A stretch of DNA of 64,000 nucleotides from Coprobacillus sp. Its GTDB lineage: Bacteria; Bacillota_I; Bacilli_A; RFN20; CAG-826. Numbering within the stretch: position 1 is the first letter of the stretch; every line of letters starts with the position of its first letter. This document shows positions 42,015 to 54,167 of this stretch, piece after piece. The position numbers and the translations under genes were made by a program. The DNA is taken from contig JAJQAM010000009.1 in assembly GCA_021203805.1 (NCBI GenBank), positions 38,212 through 102,211 on the forward strand, read 5' to 3'. The notes under the pieces are model-generated. The model searched no databases. It had not been told where the DNA came from and was given only the letters and a program-made list of their open reading frames with translations.

Positions 42015-42157
42015 GCTTATGTTGGCCATATATCTTGATTTCAATATACCTAAGAGAGCAACGGACACCTTGTCTTAATCATGTTGCGGAGGTAAATGTC
42101 ATATACCTGTATATTGAATCCAATAAATTCAAATTATTTAAAGGAGGTCAAAATCGA
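42015..42157 (+). promoter_or_regulatory. rplJ (L10) leader, a candidate r-protein autoregulatory leader
   Basis: 143-nt untranslated region between rplA and rplJ in the position of the L10(L12)4-binding leader of Firmicutes. I did not verify the structure. Confidence 0.35.
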
Positions 42158-42646
42158 ATGAACCAAGACATCTTAGAAGAGAAAAAAGATGTTGTAAAAG
42201 AGATTGTCTCGAAAGCGAAGACGAATAAGACCGTCATCATCGCTGAGTATCGGGGACTTACCGTCGCTCAGATGCAAGAGATTAGACGAGCCCTTCGTAA
42301 AGAAAATGCTTCCCTTGCAATCTATAAGAACTCATTAGTGTCGAGAGCCTTTGATGAACTCGGCTACACTGATAAGTCCATGCTTACTGGTCCTAATTCC
42401 TTTATCTTCTCGGAAGATGAATTCGCTGGAATGAAGATTATTAGCAAATACGCGAGACGATATAATGCTGTCCTCCACATCAAAGGCGCCATCATAGAGG
42501 GACAGCTCTGTGATGAAGCCACGGTGAAAGAGCTATCTAAACTCGACAGCAAAGATTCTCTCGTTTCAATGTTACTATCGTGCCTTGAGGCACCAATCAG
42601 ATCCTTTGCCTGCGCCGTCAAAGCGGTGGGCGAAAAAGCCAATTAA
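42158..42646 (+). CDS. rplJ: 50S ribosomal protein L10
   Basis: I chose the ATG at 42158 (AAAGGAGG RBS) over the track's 42035 start. MNQDILEEKKDVVKEIVSK… is canonical L10. Confidence 0.85.
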   Translation: MNQDILEEKKDVVKEIVSKAKTNKTVIIAEYRGLTVAQMQEIRRALRKENASLAIYKNSLVSRAFDELGYTDKSMLTGPNSFIFSEDEFAGMKIISKYARRYNAVLHIKGAIIEGQLCDEATVKELSKLDSKDSLVSMLLSCLEAPIRSFACAVKAVGEKAN

Positions 42647-42665
42647 CTATGGAGGTAAATGAATA

Positions 42666-43043
42666 ATGGCAAAATTAACAAAAGAAGAAATTGTGGCCGC
42701 TCTTAAAGAGTACACAGTTCTTGAACTCAATGATTTAGTGAAACTTGTCGAAGAAGAATTCGGCGTTAGTGCAGCGGCCCCAGTTGCCGTCGGAGCGGCT
42801 CCCGCTGAAGAAGAAGCCGTCAGTGCTGGACCAACCGAAGTCTCCCTCATCCTTAAAGCTGTTGGCGACCAGAAGGTGGCAGTTATTAAAGCCGTCCAAG
42901 CGATTACCGGCCTTGGACTTATGGACGCTAAAAAGCTTGTCGATGGAGCGCCTTGCCCTGTCAAAGAGCACATCACTCCAGTAGAAGCTGAAGAACATAA
43001 GAAAGCCCTTGTTGAGGCTGGTGCAGAAGTAGATATAAAGTAA
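42666..43043 (+). CDS. rplL: 50S ribosomal protein L7/L12
   Basis: [26 protein letters not shown]…, an Ala/Glu-rich hinge and a conserved C-terminal domain. Confidence 0.9.
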   Translation: MAKLTKEEIVAALKEYTVLELNDLVKLVEEEFGVSAAAPVAVGAAPAEEEAVSAGPTEVSLILKAVGDQKVAVIKAVQAITGLGLMDAKKLVDGAPCPVKEHITPVEAEEHKKALVEAGAEVDIK

Positions 43044-43046
43044 GTT

Positions 43047-43070
43047 TCTCCTCTGGGCCATGCCCGAGGG
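43047..43070 (+). promoter_or_regulatory. rplL-rpoB intergenic stem-loop (attenuator/processing site)
   Basis: cctctggg-ccatg-cccgaggg imperfect hairpin without a U-tract, in the position of the known partial terminator between rplL and rpoB. Confidence 0.35.
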
Positions 43071-43173
43071 AAACTACTTACCTATCTATTTTTGATATAC
43101 AAAGTATATCACCAGTCAAACGGTCCTACCCCTAATAGAGGGAAGACAAAAATAACAACAAAGGAGCCGTATT

Positions 43174-46100
43174 ATGTCAGTTAGAAATATTAATGAATTA
43201 AAAGTCTTAAACAACAATCGTTATGATTACTCGAAAATCAGTGGAGATCTTCCTCTCCCTAATCTCGTGGAAATCCAAACAAGTTCATATAACGACCTTA
43301 AGGACAATGGTTTAGATGAAGTCTTTAGGGAGTCTTTTCCTATTACATCCTATGATGGAAAGACCTCAATTGCTTATGAAGGACTTCGATATGGCGAGCC
43401 TAAGCATACAGTCGCAGATTGTAAAGAAAACGACCTAACGTATGCAGCTCCGCTTTACGTCACTCTTCGTCTCCAATATGAAAACGGAGAAATGCAAGAG
43501 AGCGAAGTTTATATGGGCGATTTCCCTCTTATGACTAGCTCTGGAACATTTATTGTAAACGGCGCGGAGCGAGTCATTGTCTCCCAGCTTGTAAGGTCTC
43601 CAGGCGCCTATCTCTCTAAAGAGAGTCATAACGGCCGAGACACTTATGGAGCAGATCTTATTCCAGGAAGAGGAACCTGGCTACAATTTGAAAGTGATCT
43701 CAATAAGAATCTTCTCTATGTCCGTGTGGATAGACAGAGAAAGATGAGCGCTACCACGCTCTTTAAAGCGATTCTCTATAATGAGAAAGCGGAGTCTAAA
43801 GAGCTAAGAACTAAGCCCGAAGAGAATACTTATCTTGATGATATGATTCTCGACTACTTTGGTCATAATAATACCTATCTCAATGAGACTCTTGCTAAAG
43901 ATGATTCAAATAAGCTTAAAACAAGTAGAGACGCTCTCATCGATATCTTTAAGAAAATGAAACCAGGTGAACCAGTCACCGCTGATGGATATAACTCATA
44001 TCTCTATCAAAAGTTCATGGATCCAAAAAGATATTCCCTTGGAAAAGCGGGAAGATTTAAATACGCAAAAAAACTTGGAGTGTATGACCGCCTTAAAGAG
44101 AGAATCCTCGCTGAGAATCTCATCGATAGTGACGGCGTGGTCCGCTACGAGACTGGTCACTATTTAACTAGCGAAGAAGTCGAAGCCCTCCGCGATGAAG
44201 AGTTCTTTGAAAAAGGCGCTCATATATGCAAAATTCCAGTCAATAAGGACCTTGATCCTTCAAACAAAGAAAAAGACCCCGACTATGTTCAGTATGAATA
44301 TGTCAACATCGTCAAGGTCTATAAAGACGATAAAAAGCAGACCAAAGATAACATTGTTCATATCATTGGAACGGATTTAACTTCCGATGCTTCAGTGGTC
44401 ACTGTCTCTGACATTATGGCCCTATTCTCATACTACCTTAACGTCATTGACGGCATCGGCACTACCGATGATATCGATCACTTAGGTAATCGAAGAATTA
44501 GATGCGTTGGTGAACTTATTCAAAATCAGTTTAGAGTGGGCCTTGCTAAGACCGTAAAGACCGTTCAGCAAAAGATGTCCATCTCTGATTTAGGTCAAGT
44601 AAAGCTAAAAGCTTTAATTAACCCTCGTCCCCTTACCGCTTCTATCCGTGAATTCTTTGCTTCTTCTCAGCTCTCTCAGTTTATGGATCAGACTAACCCC
44701 TTAGCGGAGCTCACTAATAAGAGAAGACTCTCCGCTTTAGGTCCAGGTGGTCTCACCCGTGATAGAGCGAGTAGTGAAGTCCGTGACGTTCACGTCTCTC
44801 ACTACGGACGTATCTGTCCTATTGAGACTCCAGAAGGACAAAACATCGGTCTTATTAATAACCTCGCTTCTTACGCAAGAGTGAATAAATACGGATTTAT
44901 TGAGACTCCGTATCGAAGCGTTGTTAAAGAGGGAAATAGCGTAAAGGTCCTTAACGACCCCGCTAATTCTCACTATTTATCCGCTGATGATGAAAAAGAT
45001 AAGTATATCGCTGAGGCTAACCTTAACTTTGGTCCGGACGGCGAAATTCTTGATGAACACGTTGTCGCCCGCTATAACGGCGAAAACGTCGTCATCGATA
45101 AAGAAAAAGTCGATTATGTCGATGTCAGTCCTAAGCAAATTGTCTCAGTTGCCACTGCTTGTATACCGTTCCTTGAAAACGACGACTCAAGCCGTGCACT
45201 TATGGGCGCAAACATGCAGAGACAGGCCTTACCTCTTTTAAGGCCAAGCGCTCCACTAGTGGGAACCGGAATTGAGTCACAGATTGCTCGTGACTCCGGT
45301 CTTGCCGTGGTCAGCGGCTACGACGGCGAAGTCATCTACTCCGACTCTCGTCTTATTAAGATTAAAGTCGATGGAGCGGAAGACGAAGTCGTAACTTATA
45401 CTTTACAGAAATTTGAAAGAAGTAATAACGGCACCTGTATTAACCAGCGCTCTATCGTTCATAAAGGCGACCACGTGAGTAAAGGACAGATTATCGCTGA
45501 TGGTCCGGCAATGGATAACGGCGATCTCGCCCTCGGTCAAAACGTTGTCATCGCCTTCATGCCTTGGAATGGTTATAACTACGAAGATGCGGTTATTATG
45601 AGTGAAAGACTAGTGAAGGATGATACCTACACTTCTATTCATATTGAAAAATATGAACTTGAGTGCCGCTCTATTCCTAAGTTAGGCGATGAAGAAATTA
45701 CCGCGGACATTCCAAATGTTTCAACTGAAGCGAAAGCCCATCTCGATAAAGACGGTGTCATTATTCCGGGTAGTGAAGTCAAAGAAGGCGATATCCTCGT
45801 TGGTAAAGTGACACCTAAAGGTGTCAGTGAACCCACTCCTGAAGAGAAACTCCTCATGGCTATCTTCGGCGAGAAGACTAACGAAGGCAAAGATGCTTCC
45901 CTTCGTGTTCCTCATGGAGGCGCCGGCATTGTCCTTGACGTCAAGAGAGTGAAACGTGAAAGCAAGAGCAAAGACGTTGAGCTCGCTCCTGGTGTGAATG
46001 AAGTGGTCCGCGTCTATATCGTCCAAAAGAGAAAGATCTCAGAGGGCGATAAGATGAGTGGTCGTCATGGTAATAAGGGTGTTATTTCTAAGATTCTCCC

Positions 46101-46884
46101 TGAAAACGATATGCCTTTCCTTCCAGACGGCACTCCTATTGATATTATGCTTAATCCTCTCGGTGTCCCATCCCGTATGAATATTGGACAAATCCTTGAG
46201 TCTCACTTAGGCCTTGCCCTTAAGACCCTTGGCTATAAAATAGCCACTCCTGTCTTTGACGGCATTACTAATGAGGAAATGTATGACCTCATGAAGAAAG
46301 CGGGCATGAGTGAAGATGGTAAAACAGTCCTTTATGACGGAAGAACTGGAGAGAGATTTGATGAAAAGATCAATGTGGGCGTGATGTATATGATTAAACT
46401 CGTTCACATGGTCGATGATAAACTACACGCGAGAGCAACTGGTCCATATTCTCTTGTGACTCAGCAGCCACTTGGAGGTAAAGCTCAAAATGGTGGTCAG
46501 AGATTTGGAGAAATGGAAGTCTGGGCCCTTGAAGCCTATGGCGCTGCACATATCTTACAGGAGCTCCTCACCATCAAGAGTGATGATAGAGTGGGACGTC
46601 GTAAGACATATGAGGCCATAATCAAAGGCAAAGAGATACCTAAACCAGGTATTCCAGAGGCCTTCCGTGTCTTAGTAAAAGAACTACAAGCCCTCTCTCT
46701 TAATGTCGAACTTCTCGATCAAGACGGACAGATCATTGATATGGATGAACTCGCTAGAGAACAAGATAAAGAAGAGAGAAAAACAAATCAAGCCTTACAT
46801 TCGCTTGTGGGTAATAGTGAGAGTTTCGACGTTGTAACCTCGGAGAACGGCATTGTCATCCATAGCGATGAGTATGAGGAATAA
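43174..46884 (+). CDS. rpoB: DNA-directed RNA polymerase subunit beta
   Basis: 1236 aa with conserved beta-subunit blocks throughout (e.g. …[25 protein letters not shown]…). Confidence 0.95.
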   Translation: MSVRNINELKVLNNNRYDYSKISGDLPLPNLVEIQTSSYNDLKDNGLDEVFRESFPITSYDGKTSIAYEGLRYGEPKHTVADCKENDLTYAAPLYVTLRLQYENGEMQESEVYMGDFPLMTSSGTFIVNGAERVIVSQLVRSPGAYLSKESHNGRDTYGADLIPGRGTWLQFESDLNKNLLYVRVDRQRKMSATTLFKAILYNEKAESKELRTKPEENTYLDDMILDYFGHNNTYLNETLAKDDSNKLKTSRDALIDIFKKMKPGEPVTADGYNSYLYQKFMDPKRYSLGKAGRFKYAKKLGVYDRLKERILAENLIDSDGVVRYETGHYLTSEEVEALRDEEFFEKGAHICKIPVNKDLDPSNKEKDPDYVQYEYVNIVKVYKDDKKQTKDNIVHIIGTDLTSDASVVTVSDIMALFSYYLNVIDGIGTTDDIDHLGNRRIRCVGELIQNQFRVGLAKTVKTVQQKMSISDLGQVKLKALINPRPLTASIREFFASSQLSQFMDQTNPLAELTNKRRLSALGPGGLTRDRASSEVRDVHVSHYGRICPIETPEGQNIGLINNLASYARVNKYGFIETPYRSVVKEGNSVKVLNDPANSHYLSADDEKDKYIAEANLNFGPDGEILDEHVVARYNGENVVIDKEKVDYVDVSPKQIVSVATACIPFLENDDSSRALMGANMQRQALPLLRPSAPLVGTGIESQIARDSGLAVVSGYDGEVIYSDSRLIKIKVDGAEDEVVTYTLQKFERSNNGTCINQRSIVHKGDHVSKGQIIADGPAMDNGDLALGQNVVIAFMPWNGYNYEDAVIMSERLVKDDTYTSIHIEKYELECRSIPKLGDEEITADIPNVSTEAKAHLDKDGVIIPGSEVKEGDILVGKVTPKGVSEPTPEEKLLMAIFGEKTNEGKDASLRVPHGGAGIVLDVKRVKRESKSKDVELAPGVNEVVRVYIVQKRKISEGDKMSGRHGNKGVISKILPENDMPFLPDGTPIDIMLNPLGVPSRMNIGQILESHLGLALKTLGYKIATPVFDGITNEEMYDLMKKAGMSEDGKTVLYDGRTGERFDEKINVGVMYMIKLVHMVDDKLHARATGPYSLVTQQPLGGKAQNGGQRFGEMEVWALEAYGAAHILQELLTIKSDDRVGRRKTYEAIIKGKEIPKPGIPEAFRVLVKELQALSLNVELLDQDGQIIDMDELAREQDKEERKTNQALHSLVGNSESFDVVTSENGIVIHSDEYEE

Positions 46885-46898
46885 GGAGGTAACTTATC

Positions 46899-49800
46899 AT
46901 GGCAGCATCATATTTAGATAAAAAAATATCCGCTATCTCAGTTAGCCTTGCTTCTCCAGATGTGATTAGAAGTTGGTCGCATGGAGAAGTCCTTAAGCCT
47001 GAAACGATTAACTATCGTACTCAAAAACCAGAGGACGATGGACTTTACTGTGAAAAAATATTTGGTCCTAATAAGGACTATGAGTGTCACTGCGGTAAGT
47101 ATAAAAAGATTAGATACGCCGGCAAAGTTTGTGAAGTATGCGGCGTTGAAGTTACTTCCCGAGAAGTGAGAAGAGAGAGAATGGGTCATATTGAGCTCGC
47201 CTCTCCTTGCACTCATATTTGGTATCTTAAAGGAGTGCCTTCCCGTATTGGCCTCATCCTTGAGATTGCCCCAAAAGCCCTCGAAGAAGTCGTCTACTTC
47301 GCCGCTCACATCTGCCTTGATCCAGGTAAATCTTCCCGTATCTTCTATAAAGAGATCATTAACGAGAAGAATGGACGTGAGACCTTTATCCCAGCGATTC
47401 AGGAAATCCTTGATGATTCCGCGCAGTACGGTCTCCTTCCTGGAGATGAGGAATATGTAACTGGAGAGATTCTCATTGAAAAACTCCGTAATCCAGGCGA
47501 AGTCTTTGACTTCCAAAACTGCGCTAACTTCCTAAATAAACACGCTGGAAGCGTGTTTGGAGAGGGAGCAGAAGCGATTAAAACCCTTCTCGAGCAAGTC
47601 GATATCGACGCTGAGTTTGAAGCGGTTCTTAAAAAGAGCAAAGAAGCCACCGCTCAAAATAGGCAGAAACTTACCAAGAGACTTGAATGCCTTGAAGCTT
47701 TCAAGACCAGTAAGAATAAGCCGGAGTGGATGGTTCTTGATGTTATCCCTGTGATCCCACCTGATCTCAGACCAATGCTTCAGCTTGATGGTGGTCGTTT
47801 TGCCACTAGTGACCTAAATGATTTATACCGTAGGGTCATTTCTCGTAACAATCGTCTTAAAAAGCTCATTGAAATGAACGCTCCTCAAGTCATTCTCATG
47901 AACGAGAAGAGAATGCTTCAGGAAGCGGTTGACGCTCTTATCGATAATGGGAGACGTAATAAACCTGTCCAGGGACCTGGAGGGAGACCGCTTAAATCCT
48001 TAAGTAGTGCTCTTAAAGGTAAACAGGGAAGGTTTAGACAAAACCTTCTCGGTAAGAGAGTGGACTACTCTGGCCGTTCCGTTATTGCAGTGGGCCCAGA
48101 TCTTAAGATGTATGAATGTGGTCTCCCCCGTGAGATGGCGATTCAACTTCTTCGTCCATTCATTGCCTGCGAGCTTCTTAAGAGAGGGAAAGCCACCGCT
48201 CATAAGCAAGCGGACAAGATTATCGATCGCTATGAAGACTGCGTCTATGATGTCCTAGAAGACATCATCTCTAAACACCCAGTCCTCTTAAACCGTGCTC
48301 CTACTCTCCATAGACTAGGTATTCAGGCTTTCCAGCCTAAACTCGTCGATGGAAGAGCCATTAGACTCCATCCATTAGTCTGCGCTGGCTATAACGCTGA
48401 CTTTGATGGTGACCAGATGGCGGTGCACGTCCCATTAAGTAAAGCAGCTCAGGAAGAAGCCCTTGACTTAATGCTTGCCTCAAATAATATTTTAGGACCT
48501 AAAGATGGCGCTTCTATTGTTACGCCTTCTCAGGATATGGTCCTTGGTAACTACTATCTTACTAGTGAAATCAGTAAGGACGAGCTCCTCGCTAAAGCCA
48601 AGCAACTTAAAGCGGAAGGCGACACGGAGCAAGCGGAGCTATATGAGCTCTACGCTGCCAGTGAAGGTAAAGTCTTCCGTGATGCAGACGATGTGATTCG
48701 CGCTTATGATACGAAGCAGGTCCACCTCCAAAATAGAATTGCGGTGCTTGGCAAAGGTCTTCAAAAGTCCTGCTTTACTGAGGAGCAGAATAACTCTTAC
48801 CTACTTACCACCGTGGGTAAAGTTATCTTTAATAGAATCTTCCCATCTGATTTCCCTTATTTAAATAAAGTAAATACTGAAAACCTTGAGGGCACTCCTA
48901 TGGAATACTTCTATCCAAAAGGAACTAATATTCCCGAGGTCATTGCCTCTCGTCCAACAGAGTTACCATTCCGAAAGAAAGAGCTAGGAAGAATCATCGA
49001 TGAAATCTTCCAGCGTTATGATAGGCTTGGTAATCCTAAGACCGCCGCGGTCCTTGATAAGATGAAGGATCAAGGCTTTAGCTTTGCAACGACCGCTGGC
49101 TTTACAGTCTCCCTTGCCGATATTACTATCTGTCAAGGTAAAGACGAGCTCATTGCCGAAGGCGACAAGAAAGTCGATGAGATTGAGCAGTGGTATGAAG
49201 CGGGCTTCCTTACCGCTGAAGAGAAACATAACCAAGCCGTTGCGGTTTGGAGTGATGTAGTCGATAAGGTAAGAGATGTCCTCACTAAACAATTCTCTCA
49301 GGATAAACGTAATCCAATCTACATGATGAGTGATAGTGGTGCTCGTGGTAATATCTCTAATATTATTCAACTAGCGGGTATGAGAGGACTTATGGGTAAT
49401 ACCTCAGGAGGCATTATTGAACTTCCTGTTAAGTCCTGCTTCCGTGAAGGTCTCTCTGTCTCTGAATTCTTCATTGCCACTCACGGCGCAAGAAAAGGCG
49501 GCTCTGATACCGCTCTTAAGACGGCTGACTCCGGCTATCTTACCAGACGTCTTGTGGATGTCGCTCAGGATGTCATCGTCCGTGAAGTCGACTGCGGAAC
49601 CCACAAAGGCTTTGAAGTCAGTGATATTGTCGATACCGCTCGTAACGTGGTTATTGTTAAGCTCTACGATAGACTCGTCGGTCGATACGCTCTTGATGAC
49701 ATCATCAATCCAAATACTGGAGAGGTCATTGTTAAGGGTAACACCATGATTGAAGAAGATACCGCAAGAGCCATTGTGGACGCCGGTATTACTTCCGTTA

Positions 49801-50819
49801 AGATTAGATCCCTATTTGGCTGCGAGACTAAAGACGGTGTATGTGTCCACTGCTATGGACGCTGCCTTGCAACCGGCCGAGAGATTAAAGTGGGTGATGC
49901 CGTAGGCGTCATGGCCGCTCAGTCAATTGGTGAGCCAGGCACTCAGCTTACTCTTTGGAACCATAGAACTGGTGGTGTGGCCGGTGGTAGTGATATCACT
50001 CAAGGTCTCCCTCGTGTTCAGGAGCTATTTGAAGCGAGAACTCCAAAAGGTATGGCGGTTATCTCCCAGATCTGCGGTAAAGTCACGAAGATTGTGGAAG
50101 AAGGCGGTCACTATGTCGTCACCGTGAAAAATGACCTCGAAGAAAAGACTTATACCACTCCATTTGGCTCTAAGCTTAGAGTGAAAGAGAAAGATACTGT
50201 CTATAACGGCTCTAAGATTACTGAAGGCTCTATTTCTCCGAAAGAGCTTCTTGAAGTGGCCAATGTGGACTCCGTTGAAAACTACATTGTTAAGGAAGTC
50301 CAGAAGGTCTACTCCGCTCAGTCAATTGCCATTAGTGATAAGCATATCGAGGTTATCGTTCGCCAGATGCTTAGTAAAGTGTTTGTTATTGATGCGGGCG
50401 ATACAAATCTCTTAAGCGGCACCAGAGTGAACGTCAATAAGGTGACCGAAGAGAACACCAGTGTACTTATTGATGGTAAGAGACCAGCAATCTTCCAGCC
50501 TCTCATTCTCGGAATTACTAAGGCCGCTCTTGAAGTCGATTCCTTCCTCTCCGCGGCATCCTTCCAGGAGACCACTAAGGTCTTAACCGATGCCACGATT
50601 AAGGGTAAGACGGATAAACTCCACGGCCTTAAGGAGAACGTTATTACTGGACGTCTCATTCCAGCAGGTAGAGGACTCCTCTCTGACGAAGAGGAAGAAG
50701 AGATTCTTGACGGCTTCTCGGTCGAAGAGAAGATGAAAGAAGTGAAGGCCTGCTACATCGAGGAACATGACCGTAAGATTGCGGAAATCCGCGGAAAGAT
50801 CCAGGAAGTCTCTAAATAA
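46899..50819 (+). CDS. rpoC: DNA-directed RNA polymerase subunit beta'
   Basis: 1306 aa with the Zn-finger CHCGKYK…CEVCGVEV and the catalytic NADFDGD. Confidence 0.95.
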   Translation: MAASYLDKKISAISVSLASPDVIRSWSHGEVLKPETINYRTQKPEDDGLYCEKIFGPNKDYECHCGKYKKIRYAGKVCEVCGVEVTSREVRRERMGHIELASPCTHIWYLKGVPSRIGLILEIAPKALEEVVYFAAHICLDPGKSSRIFYKEIINEKNGRETFIPAIQEILDDSAQYGLLPGDEEYVTGEILIEKLRNPGEVFDFQNCANFLNKHAGSVFGEGAEAIKTLLEQVDIDAEFEAVLKKSKEATAQNRQKLTKRLECLEAFKTSKNKPEWMVLDVIPVIPPDLRPMLQLDGGRFATSDLNDLYRRVISRNNRLKKLIEMNAPQVILMNEKRMLQEAVDALIDNGRRNKPVQGPGGRPLKSLSSALKGKQGRFRQNLLGKRVDYSGRSVIAVGPDLKMYECGLPREMAIQLLRPFIACELLKRGKATAHKQADKIIDRYEDCVYDVLEDIISKHPVLLNRAPTLHRLGIQAFQPKLVDGRAIRLHPLVCAGYNADFDGDQMAVHVPLSKAAQEEALDLMLASNNILGPKDGASIVTPSQDMVLGNYYLTSEISKDELLAKAKQLKAEGDTEQAELYELYAASEGKVFRDADDVIRAYDTKQVHLQNRIAVLGKGLQKSCFTEEQNNSYLLTTVGKVIFNRIFPSDFPYLNKVNTENLEGTPMEYFYPKGTNIPEVIASRPTELPFRKKELGRIIDEIFQRYDRLGNPKTAAVLDKMKDQGFSFATTAGFTVSLADITICQGKDELIAEGDKKVDEIEQWYEAGFLTAEEKHNQAVAVWSDVVDKVRDVLTKQFSQDKRNPIYMMSDSGARGNISNIIQLAGMRGLMGNTSGGIIELPVKSCFREGLSVSEFFIATHGARKGGSDTALKTADSGYLTRRLVDVAQDVIVREVDCGTHKGFEVSDIVDTARNVVIVKLYDRLVGRYALDDIINPNTGEVIVKGNTMIEEDTARAIVDAGITSVKIRSLFGCETKDGVCVHCYGRCLATGREIKVGDAVGVMAAQSIGEPGTQLTLWNHRTGGVAGGSDITQGLPRVQELFEARTPKGMAVISQICGKVTKIVEEGGHYVVTVKNDLEEKTYTTPFGSKLRVKEKDTVYNGSKITEGSISPKELLEVANVDSVENYIVKEVQKVYSAQSIAISDKHIEVIVRQMLSKVFVIDAGDTNLLSGTRVNVNKVTEENTSVLIDGKRPAIFQPLILGITKAALEVDSFLSAASFQETTKVLTDATIKGKTDKLHGLKENVITGRLIPAGRGLLSDEEEEEILDGFSVEEKMKEVKACYIEEHDRKIAEIRGKIQEVSK

Positions 50820-50843
50820 CTACCTCTACATTAAAATTTTATA

Positions 50844-50873
50844 AAAAAAGCCAGTTCTGCTGGCTTTTTCTTT
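50844..50873. terminator. Bidirectional rho-independent terminator after rpoC
   Basis: aaaaaagccag-ttctg-ctggcttttt. Confidence 0.65.
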
Positions 50874-50894
50874 TTGACGCATTAATTATTTTTT

Positions 50895-51413
50895 CTATTC
50901 TTTAACGTAGGCCTTAACGATTTCAGCGATATAGACAGTGTGAAAGTCTTTTTTAGGATAGTGCTCCTCTATGACCGATTTATCGATGAAATTTTCTTCT
51001 TTTATCTGGTCTTTGTAGAGTTTTTTACAAATGAGAACGACTTCTGCTTCCTCGATAAACATCGTATTATCCTCAAAGCATGGGGTAAGACCCGCATTTT
51101 TAATTTTATCTTCATCTCTTCCCGAGTGAGAGCCCATATACATAAGCGCCTCTCTCTTATCACTTGGGAGAAGTGACAAAGTAAAGATATCATTTTCCTC
51201 GATAATCTCACGGGTATATCTCGTGGGTCTAACATAGACCACAACGGTTTTCTCGCCACCCATATGTCCCCATAGACTTCCATAGTGACCCCAAGAGATC
51301 GTCATCGCGTTATATTTAGCGGGGCTCCCACCGCCTAGAAGCGGCCACCTTTTTCCAAAAAGGTCATAGCCCTCAAAATTAAAATCATCCACTTTTATTT
51401 CTTTAAAACTCAT
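50895..51413 (-). CDS. Flavin reductase-like domain protein (flavoredoxin family)
   Basis: 172 aa; …YNAMTISWGHYGSLWG… resembles the Flavin_Reduct fold core. The family assignment is tentative. Confidence 0.5.
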   Translation of the reverse strand: MSFKEIKVDDFNFEGYDLFGKRWPLLGGGSPAKYNAMTISWGHYGSLWGHMGGEKTVVVYVRPTRYTREIIEENDIFTLSLLPSDKREALMYMGSHSGRDEDKIKNAGLTPCFEDNTMFIEEAEVVLICKKLYKDQIKEENFIDKSVIEEHYPKKDFHTVYIAEIVKAYVKE

Positions 51414-51451
51414 ATTCTAAGCCCCTTTTCCTTTTGCTATAATCATTATAT

Positions 51452-52243
51452 ATGAAATCAAAGCCTGACAAAAAAATAATCTTCTTTGATGTAGACTGGA
51501 CTCTATATGACCATGAGAATAGCTGCTTCCCTAAAAGCGGGATAGAGGCTTTTAAAGAGCTTCATAAAAAAGGTAATATCCTCATCCTTTGTACATCCCG
51601 TAACTATGACTCTTTATATAGGCTTGGAACTTTTAAATACTTCCATCCTGATGGAGTGATTTGTAGTAACGGACAAACTATTTTTTATAAAAATAAACTC
51701 ATCCACACAACGTATTTCACTAAAAAGGAAGTCGAGCAGATCCGTAATGTTATCCTCCCGCTTAATCTAAGCCTAGAAGCCGCCACCACAAAAACGAGAT
51801 TTATGATGGCCCCGATTCATGACGAGGTATATGAGCTATATAAAACCTACCGCGAGATCATAACTAAATATAAAAAATATAAAAACCAAAGAATTACCGC
51901 TTTTGTTTTATTTGCCACTGATAAATATGAAGACTATATAAGAGAAAACCTTCCAAGCGGAACTATTTTCTATCGATATGATAAATACGGCGCAGATCTC
52001 GCTCCAACGGAAAGAATTAAAGGCGATGGAGTTAGATATCTCCTCTCCTATTTATCTATAGATAAAAGTAATGCTATAGCGGTGGGAGACGATCTCCCTG
52101 ATATCTCGATGTTTAAGGAAGTGGGATATTCAGTCTGCCTAGGAAACGGAAATGAGGAAACTAAAAAAGCCGCTGACATGGTAACTGACCCTATCTCTCG
52201 GGGCGGCGTTTATAATGCCTTTAAAAAGATTGGACTTATCTAG
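51452..52243 (+). CDS. Cof-type HAD-IIB hydrolase (sugar-phosphatase-like)
   Basis: Motif I FFDVDWTLYD and the C-terminal GDDLPDISMF…GN motif IV are present. Confidence 0.7.
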   Translation: MKSKPDKKIIFFDVDWTLYDHENSCFPKSGIEAFKELHKKGNILILCTSRNYDSLYRLGTFKYFHPDGVICSNGQTIFYKNKLIHTTYFTKKEVEQIRNVILPLNLSLEAATTKTRFMMAPIHDEVYELYKTYREIITKYKKYKNQRITAFVLFATDKYEDYIRENLPSGTIFYRYDKYGADLAPTERIKGDGVRYLLSYLSIDKSNAIAVGDDLPDISMFKEVGYSVCLGNGNEETKKAADMVTDPISRGGVYNAFKKIGLI

Positions 52244-52275
52244 TATAATATACTTATCCTAGGGGGTACCCTTAT

Positions 52276-53904
52276 ATGAAAAAAAATAGAATAATTACTC
52301 TTTCTCTTTTAGCTGCTACCGCTATTGCGACTGGTTTTAGTAGCGCTGCTTGTGATGGATCTGACGGATCTGATTATAAATATCGCTATAACGATGGTTA
52401 CGAAACGGTCGAATACGGAAAATATGGAACTTACTATGAAATATTCCCATATTCATATGCCGATAGCAACGGAGACGGCATTGGTGATATTCCCGGTATC
52501 ACCGCTAAACTAGATTACATACATGATCTAGGCTTTACTGGCATCTGGCTTACACCAGTTCATCCATCAACTACTTATCATAAGTATAACGTTGATGATT
52601 ATTTTGATATCGATCCTGACTTTGGAACCCTAGATGACTATAAGGAGATGGTGGATAAAGCCCATGACCTAGGCATGACCGTTATCCTTGATTTAGTCGT
52701 CAACCACTCAGGAAGAAATAATCCTTGGTTTACACAGAGCGCTCAAGCGCATGTTAAAGGTGACACCACTAACCAGTATTATGACTATTACGTCTGGTCA
52801 ACTTCATACCAAAGTGGATATAACGCCTATAATAACAATTGGTACTATGAATGTGAGTTTGATTCACAGATGCCTGACCTCAACTTACAGTTAATTCTTG
52901 ATGATCCTACATGTGATCTTGCTAAGGACCTTACCGAAGTCATGAGATTCTGGCTTGAAGACTATGATGTTGATGGGTTTAGACTTGACGCTGTTACTAC
53001 TTATTTTGGTAATTCTAATGTCGATAATGATGACGCCGCGGTCTTAAAATGGATTAACGATACCGCAAAATCGATTAAACCTAACTGCTATATCGTTGCA
53101 GAAGGTCAGTGGGGCAGCACTTCTAGTAATGCCACCCTTCTCCAATCCGGCATTGATTCCTGCTTCAACTTTGACTTTAAAGGAACTGAAGGCTATATTG
53201 GAACGACTGTTAATCAGCAGAACGCGACAAATTTTCAAAAGGGCTATACTAATTCAATGTCTGGTTTACCTGAGGGATGTATTCCCGCTCCATTTGTCTG
53301 TAATCACGATTCACCAAGTGGACGTCTCGTAGGAGCGACCCAGGCGAGAAACGCTCCACAAAGACTTAAATTTGGATATGGACTCCTTGCGATGAGCACT
53401 GGTTGTATCTTCAATTACTATGGAGACGAAATTGGCATGGGCGCCCAGTCATCTAGTAAGGATGAAGATCTTAGAGTTCCTATGAATTGGGGTGATAGTT
53501 ATACCTGCACTCCCGTCAGCGGAGCATCTACGATTGTTGAAGAGACAGTCTATCCATTTGGAACAGTGAAGTCTCTTCTTAAAGATAAGAACTCCTCTCT
53601 AGCGTATGTTGCTAAAGCTAATGAGGTTAGAAATACCCATCTTGCGATTCCCTGTGGAGACTGCACCACTGTGTACTCTAACACTAATGCTTTCCAGGGA
53701 TTCCTTAAGACATATGGTGATGATAGTGTTCTTCTTCTCGTCAATGCTTCAACCTATGAATATATCACCTATGATTATTCTAATTATGAAGGATACACTA
53801 ATATTGACGCGGAGCTAGTTAGTGATACTAGCTACAAAGTAGAATCAACTTCCACTAGTGTAACTGTCCCACCTGAATCCATCATAGTTTTGACAAAAGA
53901 TTAA
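52276..53904 (+). CDS. GH13 alpha-amylase-family lipoprotein (alpha-glucosidase / oligo-1,6-glucosidase-like)
   Basis: Lipobox SAAC in the signal peptide. GH13 regions I-IV are present: DLVVNHSG, GFRLDAV (nucleophile), the EGQWG region, and FVCNHDS. Confidence 0.8.
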   Translation: MKKNRIITLSLLAATAIATGFSSAACDGSDGSDYKYRYNDGYETVEYGKYGTYYEIFPYSYADSNGDGIGDIPGITAKLDYIHDLGFTGIWLTPVHPSTTYHKYNVDDYFDIDPDFGTLDDYKEMVDKAHDLGMTVILDLVVNHSGRNNPWFTQSAQAHVKGDTTNQYYDYYVWSTSYQSGYNAYNNNWYYECEFDSQMPDLNLQLILDDPTCDLAKDLTEVMRFWLEDYDVDGFRLDAVTTYFGNSNVDNDDAAVLKWINDTAKSIKPNCYIVAEGQWGSTSSNATLLQSGIDSCFNFDFKGTEGYIGTTVNQQNATNFQKGYTNSMSGLPEGCIPAPFVCNHDSPSGRLVGATQARNAPQRLKFGYGLLAMSTGCIFNYYGDEIGMGAQSSSKDEDLRVPMNWGDSYTCTPVSGASTIVEETVYPFGTVKSLLKDKNSSLAYVAKANEVRNTHLAIPCGDCTTVYSNTNAFQGFLKTYGDDSVLLLVNASTYEYITYDYSNYEGYTNIDAELVSDTSYKVESTSTSVTVPPESIIVLTKD

Positions 53905-53954
53905 AATAGTTATTTTCATTATAAAATTATTACTTTGAAGTTCAAAACTGCTAA

Positions 53955-54037
53955 AAACGTGGAACGAAGTGCTCCAAAACATTGCAGAAACGTGAAATGA
54001 AGCGCCCCAAAACCTTGCAGAAACGTGATTTAACCCC
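53955..54037. repeat. 33-bp tandem direct repeat, about 2.5 copies and possibly a degenerate extra copy upstream
   Basis: Unit 1 (53955-53987) is aaacgtggaacgaagtgctccaaaacattgcag. Unit 2 (53988-54020) is aaacgtgaaatgaagcgccccaaaaccttgcag, with 27/33 identities. A partial unit 3, aaacgtgatttaacccc, follows. Confidence 0.6.
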
Positions 54038-54134
54038 TCATAAAGTAGGCATAAACATTATATTGAAAAATATATATTTTTCCTATTGCACTAGAAAAAT
54101 AAATAATATAAAATATGCAATCGTGTGAAGAGCT

Positions 54135-54157
54135 AGACCGAAAAGGTCTCTTTATTT
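54135..54157 (+). terminator. Short hairpin plus U-rich tail upstream of the rpsL promoter
   Basis: agacc-gaaaa-ggtct followed by ctttattt. Confidence 0.35.
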
Positions 54158-54167
54158 AGAAGGGATA

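Noticed and set aside
42035-42157. Longer rplJ ORF starting at 42035 (track)
   Set aside because: The N-terminal 41 aa have no similarity to L10 and lack an RBS. The ATG at 42158 has AAAGGAGG at ideal spacing and gives the canonical L10 N-terminus. The upstream region is better explained as the L10 leader.
46938-47516. 192-aa antisense ORF inside rpoC, plus many 60-170-aa antisense ORFs inside rpoB, rpoC, fusA, tuf and the LRR gene
   Set aside because: All lie opposite highly conserved coding sequence. They lack RBSs and have non-coding-like composition. They are typical spurious ORFs in a low-GC genome.
53955-54037. Possible CRISPR array
   Set aside because: The repeats are directly adjacent with no unique spacers. 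There are only about 2.5 copies and no cas genes. It is a tandem repeat, not CRISPR.
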